Notes under the pieces: generated by a model
Databases searched by the model: none
What the model was told of the DNA's origin: nothing
What the model saw: only the letters and a program-made list of their open reading frames with translations
Program-made: the position numbers and the translations under genes
Source of the DNA: an uncultured Pseudodesulfovibrio sp.
Lineage (GTDB): Bacteria; Desulfobacterota; Desulfovibrionia; Desulfovibrionales; Desulfovibrionaceae
Length of the DNA: 64,000 nucleotides
Assembly (NCBI RefSeq): GCF_963664965.2
Contig: NZ_OY761823.1
Coordinates: 3,717,031 to 3,781,030 of the forward strand
Direction of reading: 5' to 3'
Shown: one piece after another, positions 39,334 through 48,907 of the stretch
Numbering within the stretch: position 1 is the stretch's first letter
How the letters are laid out: the number at the start of each line of letters is the position of its first letter

Positions 39334-40824
39334 ATGCAGACCGATGCGCCCCACAGCGACGCCAGAACCGTTCAGGAATACATTGACGAGACTCCCTACT
39401 GGGCTGACGGCACACCGTCACGCGACGTTCCGATGACCGGCATGCAGTGGCGCATCTGGACTCTCGCCTCGGCAGGAAAATTTTTCGAGGGGCTGGTCGT
39501 GTTCATGACCGGCGTGGCCCTGCCGCTCATCGTGCAGGAGTTCCAGCTCGACGCCATGAGCAAAGGCATGGTGGGAGCCGTCCCGCTTGTGGGCATCCTC
39601 ATCGGGGCCACGGCGCTGGGTGGTCTGGCTGACCACTTCGGCAGAAAAACGATGTTCATCATGGAAATGATCCTGTTCGCCATCTGCCTGACCCTGTTGG
39701 TCTTCAGTCCAAACTACGAATACCTGCTCGCCGCTTTGTTCGGAGTCGGGCTGTCACTTGGCTGCGACTACCCCACGGCGCACATGATCATCTCCGAGTC
39801 CATCCCGAGCAGCAACCGGGGACGGCTTGTTCTCGGCGCTTTCGGATTTCAGGCCATCGGGGCGCTTGCGGGAACAGGCGTGGGCTACCTTATCCTCATG
39901 GATGTTCCGGACATCAGCGCATGGCGCTGGATGTACGCCACAGCGGTCATTCCCGCCGTAGTCGTCGTTCTGGCACGCTTCTCCATTACGGACTCGGCAC
40001 CATGGCTCGCCTCCGTAGGAAAAATGAAGGAAGCCCGACAGGAAACCTCCCGCCTGCTTCGGCGCGAACCACCGTACCCCTCAGAAATACACCTCGCCGC
40101 CCCTCAAACACACACCAACAAAAACGACTTCACCAACAGTTACGGCAGACTTTTCACCGCACAATTCCGCAGAGCTACCATACTGGCGTCCGTCCCCTGG
40201 TTTTTGCAGGACCTCAGCACTTACGGCATCGGCATCTTTACTCCCACCATTCTCGCCAAGGCCGTCGGTGGCAGCCACGAACATGCCCACAATCTCGCAA
40301 CCCTCATTCATCAAGACATGGTGGCAGCCAAGGGAGCCGCGTTCATCGACATCCTGCTGCTCGTCGGCATAATAGGAGCCGTGCTTCTGGCTGACAGGCT
40401 CGGGCGCATCCGGCTTCAGGTATTCGGATTCATCGGCTGTGCTGCGGGCCTGTTCATCGCGACCCTGTCGCTGGATGCCCACGGAGAAATGCAGACGTTC
40501 CTTCTCTTTGCCGGATTCATGCTGTTCAGCCTCATGACCAACCTCGGGCCCAACGCCATGACATACCTCATCGCAGGTGAAGTCTTTCCCACCGCCATAC
40601 GCGGCAAGGGGGCCGGAGTCGCTGCCTCGGCAGCCAAGATTGGTGCCGCCCTGACGGCCTTCCTCTTCCCCGTCCTGCTGGCCGACCTCGGCACGAAAAC
40701 AATTCTCTACATTCTTATGGGCACATCGTTTCTCGGAGCCGCGACCACATGGCTCTATCGGATCGAAACCACAGGCATCAATCTGGACACGCTTGAGTAC
40801 GGTGACAGACAAGACTGTTCTTGA
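39334..40824 (+). CDS. MFS transporter (sugar-porter-like)
   Basis: 12-TM pattern. GLADHFGRKTMF and FPTAIRGKGAGVA motifs are typical of MFS loop 2-3 and loop 8-9. Confidence 0.75.
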   Translation: MQTDAPHSDARTVQEYIDETPYWADGTPSRDVPMTGMQWRIWTLASAGKFFEGLVVFMTGVALPLIVQEFQLDAMSKGMVGAVPLVGILIGATALGGLADHFGRKTMFIMEMILFAICLTLLVFSPNYEYLLAALFGVGLSLGCDYPTAHMIISESIPSSNRGRLVLGAFGFQAIGALAGTGVGYLILMDVPDISAWRWMYATAVIPAVVVVLARFSITDSAPWLASVGKMKEARQETSRLLRREPPYPSEIHLAAPQTHTNKNDFTNSYGRLFTAQFRRATILASVPWFLQDLSTYGIGIFTPTILAKAVGGSHEHAHNLATLIHQDMVAAKGAAFIDILLLVGIIGAVLLADRLGRIRLQVFGFIGCAAGLFIATLSLDAHGEMQTFLLFAGFMLFSLMTNLGPNAMTYLIAGEVFPTAIRGKGAGVAASAAKIGAALTAFLFPVLLADLGTKTILYILMGTSFLGAATTWLYRIETTGINLDTLEYGDRQDCS

Positions 40825-40898
40825 CTCCACCGCCGTGCTTGCCTATTCCTAATAATAGGACAAATTCCTATTTACTTTTTTGCCCTGTGAGGATGGAA

Positions 40899-42590
40899 AT
40901 GAGCCCGGTATTCGCCAAAGAAAGCAATGACGACTGGTTCCTGCCCGCCGATGTACGCGAACAACTGAAAAAAACCTTCAAGGACCTCGACAATCCGGTC
41001 ATACTTGAGACGTTCACCCGTCCCGGTTTCAATGACGAATTCAGCCAATACATGATCCGTTTCTGCACGGACCTCGCCAGACTCTCGGACAAAATCACTG
41101 TCCGCACATTCCAGATACCGTCCAGTCGGGCGGAACAACTCGGCATTACGGCATCCCCCACCCTGTGCGTCAACCCGGACGAATACCACATCCGGTTTCT
41201 CGGTGCGCCGATTGGAGAAGAAGGCAAATCATTCATCACGGCCATCATGCTCGTATCACTTGGCATGAGCGGCCTGTCCGAAGCATCCCGCCCCATTCTG
41301 GAGGCATTGAATGGAGAACGACTGGCACAGGTATTTGTCAGCCCCACCTGACCCTATTGTCCCGGCCAGGTTATGAACGCCGTCAAGTGCGCCATAGCCC
41401 GCCCCGGCCTGGTTCAGGCCGAATGCGTTGAAATGAGTGAAAACCCGGACCTCACCGCGCAACACAATGTCGGCTCGGTACCACACACCATTTTCAATCA
41501 GGGAAAGCATGACGCCCTTGGACTCATGCCCGAAGAGCGTTTCGTGGTGGAACTCGTCTACCTCAAATCGGCAGAAGAACTGCTGGCCGATGGCAAACTG
41601 CCAAAAATGGAGGCCGAAAAAACGGCATCCGGCTACGGCACCATCGAACCGGGCGAAATGGATCTCGTCATCATCGGGGCCGGACCGGCCGGTCTGACCG
41701 CGGGCATCTACGCTGTCCGGGCCGGACTCAAGGCCGTGGTCCTCGAAAAAAACATTGTCGGCGGTCAGGTCGCGCTGACCCCGGTAGTGGAGAACTATCC
41801 CGGTTTCTCCACCGTTCCCGGCAAACAGCTCATGGACATCATGAGCGAACACGCGCGCGAATATCTTCCGGTCAACGAAGGCGAAGGCGTGGAATCCATC
41901 ACGCTCGGAGACATTGCCGCCGGAGAAACCATCACCCTCACGACCAACCGCGGCATATACTCGGCCAAGGCGGTCATCCTCGCCACAGGCTCGGCATACC
42001 GGCAGATAGGAGTACCCGGTGAAACCCGTTATTTCGGGCGCGGCATCAACTACTGTGCTTCCTGCGACGGCTACCTGTACAAAGGCAAGAAAGTCGCCAT
42101 CATCGGCGGCGGCAACACGGCCCTGACCGACGCGCTACACCTGAAAAACCTTGGCGTTGACGTTACGGTCATTCATCGGCGCGATACCTTCCGCGCACAA
42201 AAGCCCTTGCAGGACTCCCTTGCCCGCGAGGAGATTCCGGTCATCTGGAATACGGCTGTCGAAACGATTGAAGGAGATGAAAAGCGAGTGACCAGTCTCC
42301 GGCTTCGAAACCTCAAGGACGATTCCATAACAGACCTTCCGGTAGACGGCTGCTTCATCGCCATCGGTCAGGTCCCCAGCACGGACCTCGCCAAGACACT
42401 CGGCGTGAAAATCAAGGAAGACGGATTCGTTGAAGTCGACACTGCCATGCGGACCAACGTTCCCCACGTCTATGCCGCAGGCGATCTCACGGGAGGACTC
42501 CAGCAGATCGTCACCGCCATCGGGGAAGGCTCAATCGCCGCAATGAGTGCATTTGAAGACATCAGCAATCCATACTGGAAAGATAAATAA
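40899..42590 (+). CDS. Probable selenoprotein: PDO/AhpF-N-terminal-like double thioredoxin-fold domain (U-P-Y-C) fused to a thioredoxin-reductase-like flavoprotein; TGA at 41349-41351 read as Sec
   Basis: Track ORFs 40821..41351 and 41373..42590 share one frame. Reading through the TGA gives VFVSPT-U-PYCPGQVMNAVKCAI. Downstream motifs are VIIGAGPAGLTAG, CASCDG, IIGGGNTALTDA and YAAGD. Confidence 0.65.
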
Positions 42591-42683
42591 TTCAAGATTA
42601 TTCAAGCCATTCCTTTCAGAGGAAAATCATTCATGCCCCCGCTCTCAAAAACCTCAAGTTGACAACAAAACATAAATTATGCT

Positions 42684-44672
42684 TTGTTGCATACTTTAAG
42701 AACTGGAAACTTAACGCATTATTTAGATAGACTATACATAAAACAAAAATCGATAGACGCATACATGCCCATTCCTTCCCGCCCATTCGCCAACAAGGAT
42801 ATACCTCTGTCCTCCGAGGAAACAGGTTTTACCGACATGGAAAACCACTCTCCGCCGCACCCGGAAATGGTAGACATGGACCACGATGGCGATATGGACA
42901 TATCGGTCTCTTCCGAGAAAAAGGGAGTAAACTACTGGCTCGAAAACACTCTGGATGAAAAAGGGAACCGATTTCTCCAGCACAGTATTTTCAAGCAAAT
43001 CACTCCCACGGCGATCGGTTACGGAGACCTGAACGGAGACGATGTTCCGGATATTGTTCTGGGCCATATCTCGGGAGCCAAGGTCTTCATGGACAACGGC
43101 AAGTGGGAAATGACGGACCTTTCACTCTCCCTGCAATCACCCAGGGCTATCCTGATAGAAGACATCGACGGAGACTACCGGAAAGACCTGCTCATCAGGG
43201 ACTCCCACGATTTCTTTCTCATCAAGAATCTTCCGGGGCTCCTCGGCAGCCAGATCCTTTCCTGGCCGAATCTGGGAAACAGCAACGTGCTTTCCGTCGG
43301 TAATTTCAATGTAGCCACGGTTTCTCTCGAAATACTCACAATGGACGAGAAAAACGGTACCCTTGTGATGATCGAACATGACGGCAGGCATTGGCAGCCT
43401 GCCAAAGTCGTGACGGAAACCACAGTCAGAACACTCTCGGCGCACGACTTCGACAACGACGGTTTCACGGATGTCATTATAGGAAACGAGAACGGCGACA
43501 TCTCACTGCTGAAAAATGACGGGACCGGGAATTTCACTCGAATCGCCAATTCCGAAAAAGCCGACTTCGATATCCCTGTAGAACACTTTGAAACCGCAGG
43601 CGGGACATGGGACAACTTCCATGGGTTTCCCTCCGAGGAATTGGACGGAGTTCAAAACGTACTTTCTCCCCCGATGCACGGGTTTGAATGGTCGCACGCC
43701 CCCCGATTCACGGTTACCTCTTCGACGTCAGGAGTGGAGATACCTGACACGTCCTTTCTGAAAACGCTGCCTGATGATTCCTTTTCCATCGAAAAGTCCG
43801 ATTCATACACTTCTTCCGATCTTCTCCCCTTCACCGCCTCGGTAATCAGCGAACAGGAAAAGGATCAAAGCGGCACGGAGCAGGGCTCCGACACCATCCA
43901 AAGGGCGGACGATTCTGATGCCCAGCTTCCCCTCCCCACGGCAGGAGAAGAACTCAGGGAATGGGGACTGGAGACGCATGAACAAAACGACATGCACTCA
44001 ATTCAGGGCAGGATGGTCGACGGTTCTTCCCTCAACGACCTGTACGTACTCGGACACGACAACGACAGTGCCGACGGGAACCAAGGGAGTGATTTCATTT
44101 TCGGCAAAGGCGGAAACGACACCCTCACCGGCGGGGAAGGCAATGACGCCCTCTTCGGCGGAGACGGACGGGATGCCCTTTTCGGCGATGCAGACGATGA
44201 TTACCTCCGGGGAAACAACGGAAGCGACGCCCTTGTCGGTGGCGAAGGAGATGACTACCTCAACGGCGGTAAAGGCGACGACCTTTTATTCGGCGGACAA
44301 GGCGACGACTTTCTTTTCGGAGATAGCGGCGACGACACGCTGTATGGCGGTAACGGGCAGGACACATTCTACTATCACTCCCCCCAAGAAGGGACCGACA
44401 CCATCCGCGATTTCAACTTACAAGAAGACCTATTCGTGTTTGATTTCGAAATCGACACATACTGCTGTGTCAGGGACGAATATGACGGCAGTCTAGGCAC
44501 AAACGGTTCAGCCCTCATATGGGCCGTCTCCGAAGACGGAACTGCTGACCTCTATTACGACAGCGACACAAGCCAGACGGGCGGCGAGTATTGCATCGCC
44601 CACGTCGAATTGACCGACGGATTGCAGAACGAGACCTGCGAAGAACTCACTCCCGACGACATCCTGTCATAA
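42684..44672 (+). CDS. FG-GAP/VCBS-repeat beta-propeller-like protein with C-terminal RTX Ca-binding repeats (start uncertain)
   Basis: FG-GAP-like DxDxDGxxD loops (DMDHDGDMD, GDLNGDDVPD, EDIDGDYRKD, HDFDNDGFTD ... NDGTGNF). About 10 nonapeptide repeats, GGNDTLTGGEGNDALFGGDGRDALFGDADDDYLRGNNGSDALVGGEGDDYLNGGKGDDLLFGGQGDDFLFGDSGDDTLYGGNGQD. The track start is a TTG; ATG alternatives exist at 42765 and further downstream. Confidence 0.7.
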   Translation: MLHTLRTGNLTHYLDRLYIKQKSIDAYMPIPSRPFANKDIPLSSEETGFTDMENHSPPHPEMVDMDHDGDMDISVSSEKKGVNYWLENTLDEKGNRFLQHSIFKQITPTAIGYGDLNGDDVPDIVLGHISGAKVFMDNGKWEMTDLSLSLQSPRAILIEDIDGDYRKDLLIRDSHDFFLIKNLPGLLGSQILSWPNLGNSNVLSVGNFNVATVSLEILTMDEKNGTLVMIEHDGRHWQPAKVVTETTVRTLSAHDFDNDGFTDVIIGNENGDISLLKNDGTGNFTRIANSEKADFDIPVEHFETAGGTWDNFHGFPSEELDGVQNVLSPPMHGFEWSHAPRFTVTSSTSGVEIPDTSFLKTLPDDSFSIEKSDSYTSSDLLPFTASVISEQEKDQSGTEQGSDTIQRADDSDAQLPLPTAGEELREWGLETHEQNDMHSIQGRMVDGSSLNDLYVLGHDNDSADGNQGSDFIFGKGGNDTLTGGEGNDALFGGDGRDALFGDADDDYLRGNNGSDALVGGEGDDYLNGGKGDDLLFGGQGDDFLFGDSGDDTLYGGNGQDTFYYHSPQEGTDTIRDFNLQEDLFVFDFEIDTYCCVRDEYDGSLGTNGSALIWAVSEDGTADLYYDSDTSQTGGEYCIAHVELTDGLQNETCEELTPDDILS

Positions 44673-44748
44673 CCTTCTTCCTTTTCCACTTTTCTTTCCC
44701 CCTCTTGACACTGTCAAAATCTCCGTGCTAGCTGTGAACTTCAAAAAA

Positions 44749-44779
44749 TGACCATGGGTCACTTTTCGACCCTCGGTCA
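44749..44779. promoter_or_regulatory. Two adjacent palindromes upstream of the TetR gene (candidate operators)
   Basis: TGACC-ATG-GGTCA (44749-44761) and GACC-CTC-GGTC(A) (44768-44779). They are flanked by an AAAAAA / TTTTTT inverted pair. An additional palindrome, TTGACA-C-TGTCAA, lies at 44705-44717. Confidence 0.4.
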
Positions 44780-44840
44780 TTTTTTCAAAAAAACCAAACA
44801 TCTGACCACACGGCCCAGCAAACCGGAGAACGCACGGAAC

Positions 44841-45434
44841 ATGTCGAAAAAACAGCAGGAAAAATCGCAGCAGACCATGCAGGAGCTCATGGAATCCGCC
44901 AGAGAACTGTTCGGTTCCAAGGGATTTTCGCAAACGTCCGTGGCTGAGATCACCGAACATGCGGGATACGCCAAAGGGAGCTTCTACCGCCACTGGAACA
45001 GCAAGGACGAACTCTTTCTCCAGATTGTCGAGCAGAAATTCAAAACCTACCGTGCCGAACGGGATGGGCAACTGAAAACTCCTCGCAATCTCGAAGACGC
45101 CATGAACCGCATCTGGGACTTCCTCGAAACCATCGTGCGTGACAAAAGCTGGTCATCCATATTCCTCGAATTCACCGTCTATTCGGCTCACAGCGAAATA
45201 CTCCGCAAGCTCATGAACAAATCAGACTACCGCCTTTCCAACCGGATATTCGCGGAACTGGTCCGCGACCATGTGGAGACTGATTTCCCGCCGGAAAAAA
45301 TCGGCGCAATCAATACCGCACTGTTCGAGGGCTACCTCATCCACAGTTCACTGGAAACGCAGATTCTCACATTCGAGGATGTCCGGGCATCCGCTATCGC
45401 ACTGGCCCTCAGCAACGGGACAAGACAGGACTAA
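44841..45434 (+). CDS. TetR/AcrR-family transcriptional regulator
   Basis: HTH segment ELFGSKGFSQTSVAEITEHAGYAKGSFYRHWNSKDELF. The start was set at the internal MSKKQQEK. Confidence 0.8.
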   Translation: MSKKQQEKSQQTMQELMESARELFGSKGFSQTSVAEITEHAGYAKGSFYRHWNSKDELFLQIVEQKFKTYRAERDGQLKTPRNLEDAMNRIWDFLETIVRDKSWSSIFLEFTVYSAHSEILRKLMNKSDYRLSNRIFAELVRDHVETDFPPEKIGAINTALFEGYLIHSSLETQILTFEDVRASAIALALSNGTRQD

Positions 45435-45485
45435 CCGGCGCGGACTTCCCGAGCCGAAAGAGACATTTTTACAAGGACTGAAACC

Positions 45486-46496
45486 ATGAAAAAGCTTTCA
45501 CTGACCCTGGCCGCAGTTTTCATCGCGTCACTCGCGTTCGCTTCCATCGCCCTTGCCGGAAGTGTACGGCTAACCTACTCCAACTTTTTCCCGCCCACCC
45601 ACATCCAGTCCAAGCTGGCTGACCAATGGTGCCGCATGGTTGCAGAGCGCACAGGCGGTAAGGTCGTCATCGACTACTTCCCCGGCGGCACGCTGACCAA
45701 GGCCAAACAGAACTACGACGGCGTAGTCGAAGGTATCTCCGACATCGGCATGTCCTGCCTCGCCTACTCGCGCGGGCGCTTCCCGGTCATGGCCGCAGTG
45801 GACCTGCCCCTGGGCTACACCTCCGGCACACAGGCCACAGCCATGGCCAACGCCGTGTACGAAAAATTCACGCCCCGTGAACTGCGCGACGTCAAGCCCA
45901 TGTATTTCCACGCCCATGGTCCGGGCCTGCTCTTCACAGCTCCCCGTCCCGTTGCGACGCTGGAAGAACTGAAAGGTTTGAAGATTCGCTCCACCGGCAA
46001 CTCGGCAAAACTCGTCAAGGCTCTCGGCGGCACCCCGGTTGCCCAGTCCATGCCCACGTCCTACCAGTCCCTTCAAAAAGGCGTGGTGGACGGTTCCATG
46101 AACCCCATCGAATCCAACAAGGGCTGGAAGCTCGCCGAAGTGGTCAAATTCGGCACCGAATCCTTCCCTGTGGCCTACACCACCACATTCTTCGTCGTCA
46201 TGAACAAGGACAAATGGGACATGATCGACCCGGATTCCCAGAAGGCCATTGAAGAGCTGAACAAGGAATGGGCCGTGATGCATGGCAAGGCATGGGACGA
46301 AGCCGATGCAGTGGGCAAGCAGTTCTTCCTCGACAAGGGCGGCAAAATGGTCCCGCTTGCCGATGACGAGGCAGCCCGCTGGGTCGAGGCCGCCAAGCCG
46401 GTCATGCAGGATTACATCGACACCGTTTCCAAAAAGAAGATCAACGGAAAGGAAATTCTCGACTACATCCAGTCCAAAATGGCCGAACTCCGATAA
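45486..46496 (+). CDS. dctP: TRAP transporter substrate-binding protein (DctP family)
   Basis: Signal peptide and a 336-aa periplasmic binding protein. It is followed by small and large TRAP permeases. Confidence 0.8.
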   Translation: MKKLSLTLAAVFIASLAFASIALAGSVRLTYSNFFPPTHIQSKLADQWCRMVAERTGGKVVIDYFPGGTLTKAKQNYDGVVEGISDIGMSCLAYSRGRFPVMAAVDLPLGYTSGTQATAMANAVYEKFTPRELRDVKPMYFHAHGPGLLFTAPRPVATLEELKGLKIRSTGNSAKLVKALGGTPVAQSMPTSYQSLQKGVVDGSMNPIESNKGWKLAEVVKFGTESFPVAYTTTFFVVMNKDKWDMIDPDSQKAIEELNKEWAVMHGKAWDEADAVGKQFFLDKGGKMVPLADDEAARWVEAAKPVMQDYIDTVSKKKINGKEILDYIQSKMAELR

Positions 46497-46604
46497 TAGG
46501 CACACGACACCCGATCCAGGAACGACTTCCCGACTCACACGCGAACACAACCAATCGGCGGGACAGGCACAGCGCCTGTCCCGCACTTTGCAAGGAAACA
46601 GATA

Positions 46605-47093
46605 ATGGAATCAGCGAAACCGTCCGCTCTATCCAGAGTGGAACGCATCATGCGAAACATAGCGGCCGTCTGCCTGCTCGGCATGGCCCTTGTGACCGGA
46701 GCGGACGTCCTGCTTCGGGGGGCGCTCAATACTCCCATCTTCGGCAGCGAGGAAATCGTGGGAATCCTCGGCATCATCGTTGTCGCCTTCTCCCTGCCCT
46801 ACGCGCATTACCAGAAAAGCCACATCGGCGTTGAAATTCTGGTTCGCAGATTCTCCAGAAAAACCCGCAGGCGCATCAAGCTCGTCACGGACACGGCGAC
46901 CGTCGGCCTCATCGGTATCGTGGCATGGCGCATGTTCCTCTACGCCCAGTCACAGGCCGAAACCGGCGAAGTGTCCATGAACCTCGAGTTGCCCGAATAT
47001 CAGGTGATCTACGTGCTCGCCTTCGGCTTCCTCATCTACACGTTCTGTCTCCTCGGGGACATCGTGAAATTCTTCAAGGGAAGCGAGGACTAG
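46605..47093 (+). CDS. dctQ: TRAP transporter small permease (DctQ family)
   Basis: 162 aa with 4 TM helices, located between dctP and dctM. Confidence 0.75.
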   Translation: MESAKPSALSRVERIMRNIAAVCLLGMALVTGADVLLRGALNTPIFGSEEIVGILGIIVVAFSLPYAHYQKSHIGVEILVRRFSRKTRRRIKLVTDTATVGLIGIVAWRMFLYAQSQAETGEVSMNLELPEYQVIYVLAFGFLIYTFCLLGDIVKFFKGSED

Positions 47094-47094
47094 C

Positions 47095-48408
47095 ATGGAC
47101 CCGACAATGGCCGGTATCATCGGCATCATCATCATGGTATTCCTGTTCATGACCCGCATGCCCGTTGCGTTCGTCATGATGCTCGTGGGCTTCATCGGAT
47201 TCTCAATGCTCACCTCATGGCGCGGCGGGCTGAACCTGATGTCGCGCAACATCTACGATGCCTTCGCGTCCTACGAACTTTCCACCATCCCGCTGTTCAT
47301 CCTCATGGGCCAGATCGCATTCAACTGCGGCATTTCCAGACGGCTGTACAACACGGCCTACTGTTTCCTCGGCAATGTCAGGGGCGGCCTCGCCATGGCG
47401 ACCGTCTCGGCCTGCACCGCCTTCGGCGCGGTCTGCGGCTCCAGTCCGGCAACCGCCGCGACCATGTCCACCGTGGGCATCCCGGAAATGAAACGATACG
47501 GCTACGCCAACTCCCTTGCCGCGGCATCCGTGGCGTCCGGCGGCGGGCTGGGCATGATCATGCCGCCCAGCGTGGTGCTCATCATCTACGGCGTGCTCAC
47601 CGAGCAATCCATCGGCGCGCTGTTCGTGTCCGGCATTCTCCCGGCCATCCTGCTGACCGCGCTGTTCGTGGTCGGTATCTACATCCAGTGCAAAATCAAT
47701 CCGGCTCTCGGTCCCAAGGGCGATTCCTTCCCATGGTCGGCCAAGCTGAAATCACTGGCCGGACTCATCGACACACTGCTGGTCTTCGCCCTTGTCATCG
47801 GCGGCCTGTTCTACGGCTGGTTCACGCCCACGGAAGCGGCGTCCATCGGCGTCCTCGGCGTGCTGGCTCTGGCAATCATTAAACGACAGCTCACATGGCA
47901 GGCGTTCGTGAATTCGCTCTACGAAACGCTTCGCACCTCCTGCATGGTACTGGTGCTCATCGCAGGCGCGGTGGTGTTCGGAAAATTCCTTGCCGTGACG
48001 CGCATCCCGTTCGACATCGCAAGCTGGGTCTCGGCATTCGACATGCCGCCCTTCGCCATCATGGGCGCGATCATCCTGATCTACTTCATCGGCGGCTGTT
48101 TCATGGATTCACTCGCCCTCATCATGCTGACCATCCCGGTCTTTTTCCCGGTGGTGATGGACATGGGCTACGATCCGATCTGGTTCGGCATCATCATCGT
48201 GCTCGTCACGGAAATGGGCGTCATCACGCCGCCCGTGGGCATCAACGTCTACGTGGTCTACGGTATGTGCCAGAAGATCGCCCCGGACGTCACGCTGGAA
48301 GACGTATTCAAGGGCATCATGCCGTTCCTGCTCTCCATCGTGGTGGGTATCGGCCTGTTATTCCTGTTCCCGCAGATTATTCTGTTCCTGCCGGGACTGA
48401 TGTATTGA
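47095..48408 (+). CDS. dctM: TRAP transporter large permease (DctM family)
   Basis: 437 aa and polytopic. The start is 2 nt after the dctQ stop. Confidence 0.85.
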   Translation: MDPTMAGIIGIIIMVFLFMTRMPVAFVMMLVGFIGFSMLTSWRGGLNLMSRNIYDAFASYELSTIPLFILMGQIAFNCGISRRLYNTAYCFLGNVRGGLAMATVSACTAFGAVCGSSPATAATMSTVGIPEMKRYGYANSLAAASVASGGGLGMIMPPSVVLIIYGVLTEQSIGALFVSGILPAILLTALFVVGIYIQCKINPALGPKGDSFPWSAKLKSLAGLIDTLLVFALVIGGLFYGWFTPTEAASIGVLGVLALAIIKRQLTWQAFVNSLYETLRTSCMVLVLIAGAVVFGKFLAVTRIPFDIASWVSAFDMPPFAIMGAIILIYFIGGCFMDSLALIMLTIPVFFPVVMDMGYDPIWFGIIIVLVTEMGVITPPVGINVYVVYGMCQKIAPDVTLEDVFKGIMPFLLSIVVGIGLLFLFPQIILFLPGLMY

Positions 48409-48547
48409 TGAAAAGTCAAAAGGAAACCGCGCGCGGCACTATCCTGTCGGGCGCGGTCCTGCGGCTTGTGTACGTGTCGTAATCGGGGAATCAAAGAAGC
48501 CTTCTTTGTTACGAACTTCCAAACAATTGCTTTCATCAATGCCAGAT

Positions 48548-48907
48548 TCATTTTCGGGAAATATAGCAAAGTAAAGCTGCTGAGAATATCCATAGGCACC
48601 CAGTAAAAATGACCACACCTGATGGATTATAATACAAGATCACCGTCGAAGCTCCAAATAACGCAAGCAACAACTTAAGGAGATTAATGGCAAGGACATA
48701 TTTTTGAACAGAAAAAAAGGCTATTGAAATACATATAAAAAACAGCAGGCTGTGGTCTACTGGGAAAAAGCCACCTGAACGATGTAATAGATTTATATAT
48801 TTGAAAGATAACGGAAAGATGAAAACAAAAACGATACACCACAAAACAATATTGTTGTTTTGTGTCAGTTTCAATTTCCTCAACACTTCCCGCCTCCATG
48901 TAACCAC
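48548..48907 (-). CDS. Small 4-TM membrane protein, candidate immunity protein for the adjacent Rhs C-terminal toxin
   Basis: 119-aa ORF (GTG start, no internal Met) in very AT-rich DNA, immediately downstream of the rhs stop. Four hydrophobic helices are present. Confidence 0.4.
   Translation of the reverse strand: MVTWRREVLRKLKLTQNNNIVLWCIVFVFIFPLSFKYINLLHRSGGFFPVDHSLLFFICISIAFFSVQKYVLAINLLKLLLALFGASTVILYYNPSGVVIFTGCLWIFSAALLCYISRK

Noticed and set aside
40081-40830. 249-aa minus-strand ORF
   Set aside because: It is antisense to the 12-TM MFS transporter gene.
40821-40898. N-terminal extension of the track ORF (MTPPPCLPIPNNRTNSYLLFCPVR) for the thioredoxin-fold protein
   Set aside because: The extension overlaps the end of the MFS gene and has no RBS. 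The ATG at 40899 follows GAGGA at suitable spacing, and the conserved domain starts after it.
41406-41420. Hairpin GGCCTG-GTT-CAGGCC as the SECIS element for the proposed Sec codon
   Set aside because: It starts about 57 nt after the UGA, further than the spacing usually seen for bacterial SECIS elements, and its loop is only 3 nt. It is mentioned in the selenoprotein finding but is not accepted as a SECIS without computational folding.
45570-46586. 338-aa minus-strand ORF
   Set aside because: It is antisense to the clearly recognisable DctP-family binding-protein gene and shows no independent features.
48461-48545. Possible third partial copy of the 50.3-50.9 kb repeat on the far side of the rhs/immunity cassette (AATCGGGG..., TTCTTTGTTACGAACTTCC versus TTTTGTTCGTAACTTCACC)
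   Set aside because: Only short, gapped similarity of about 20 nt with several mismatches could be aligned by eye. That is not enough to claim flanking repeats and needs a computed alignment.
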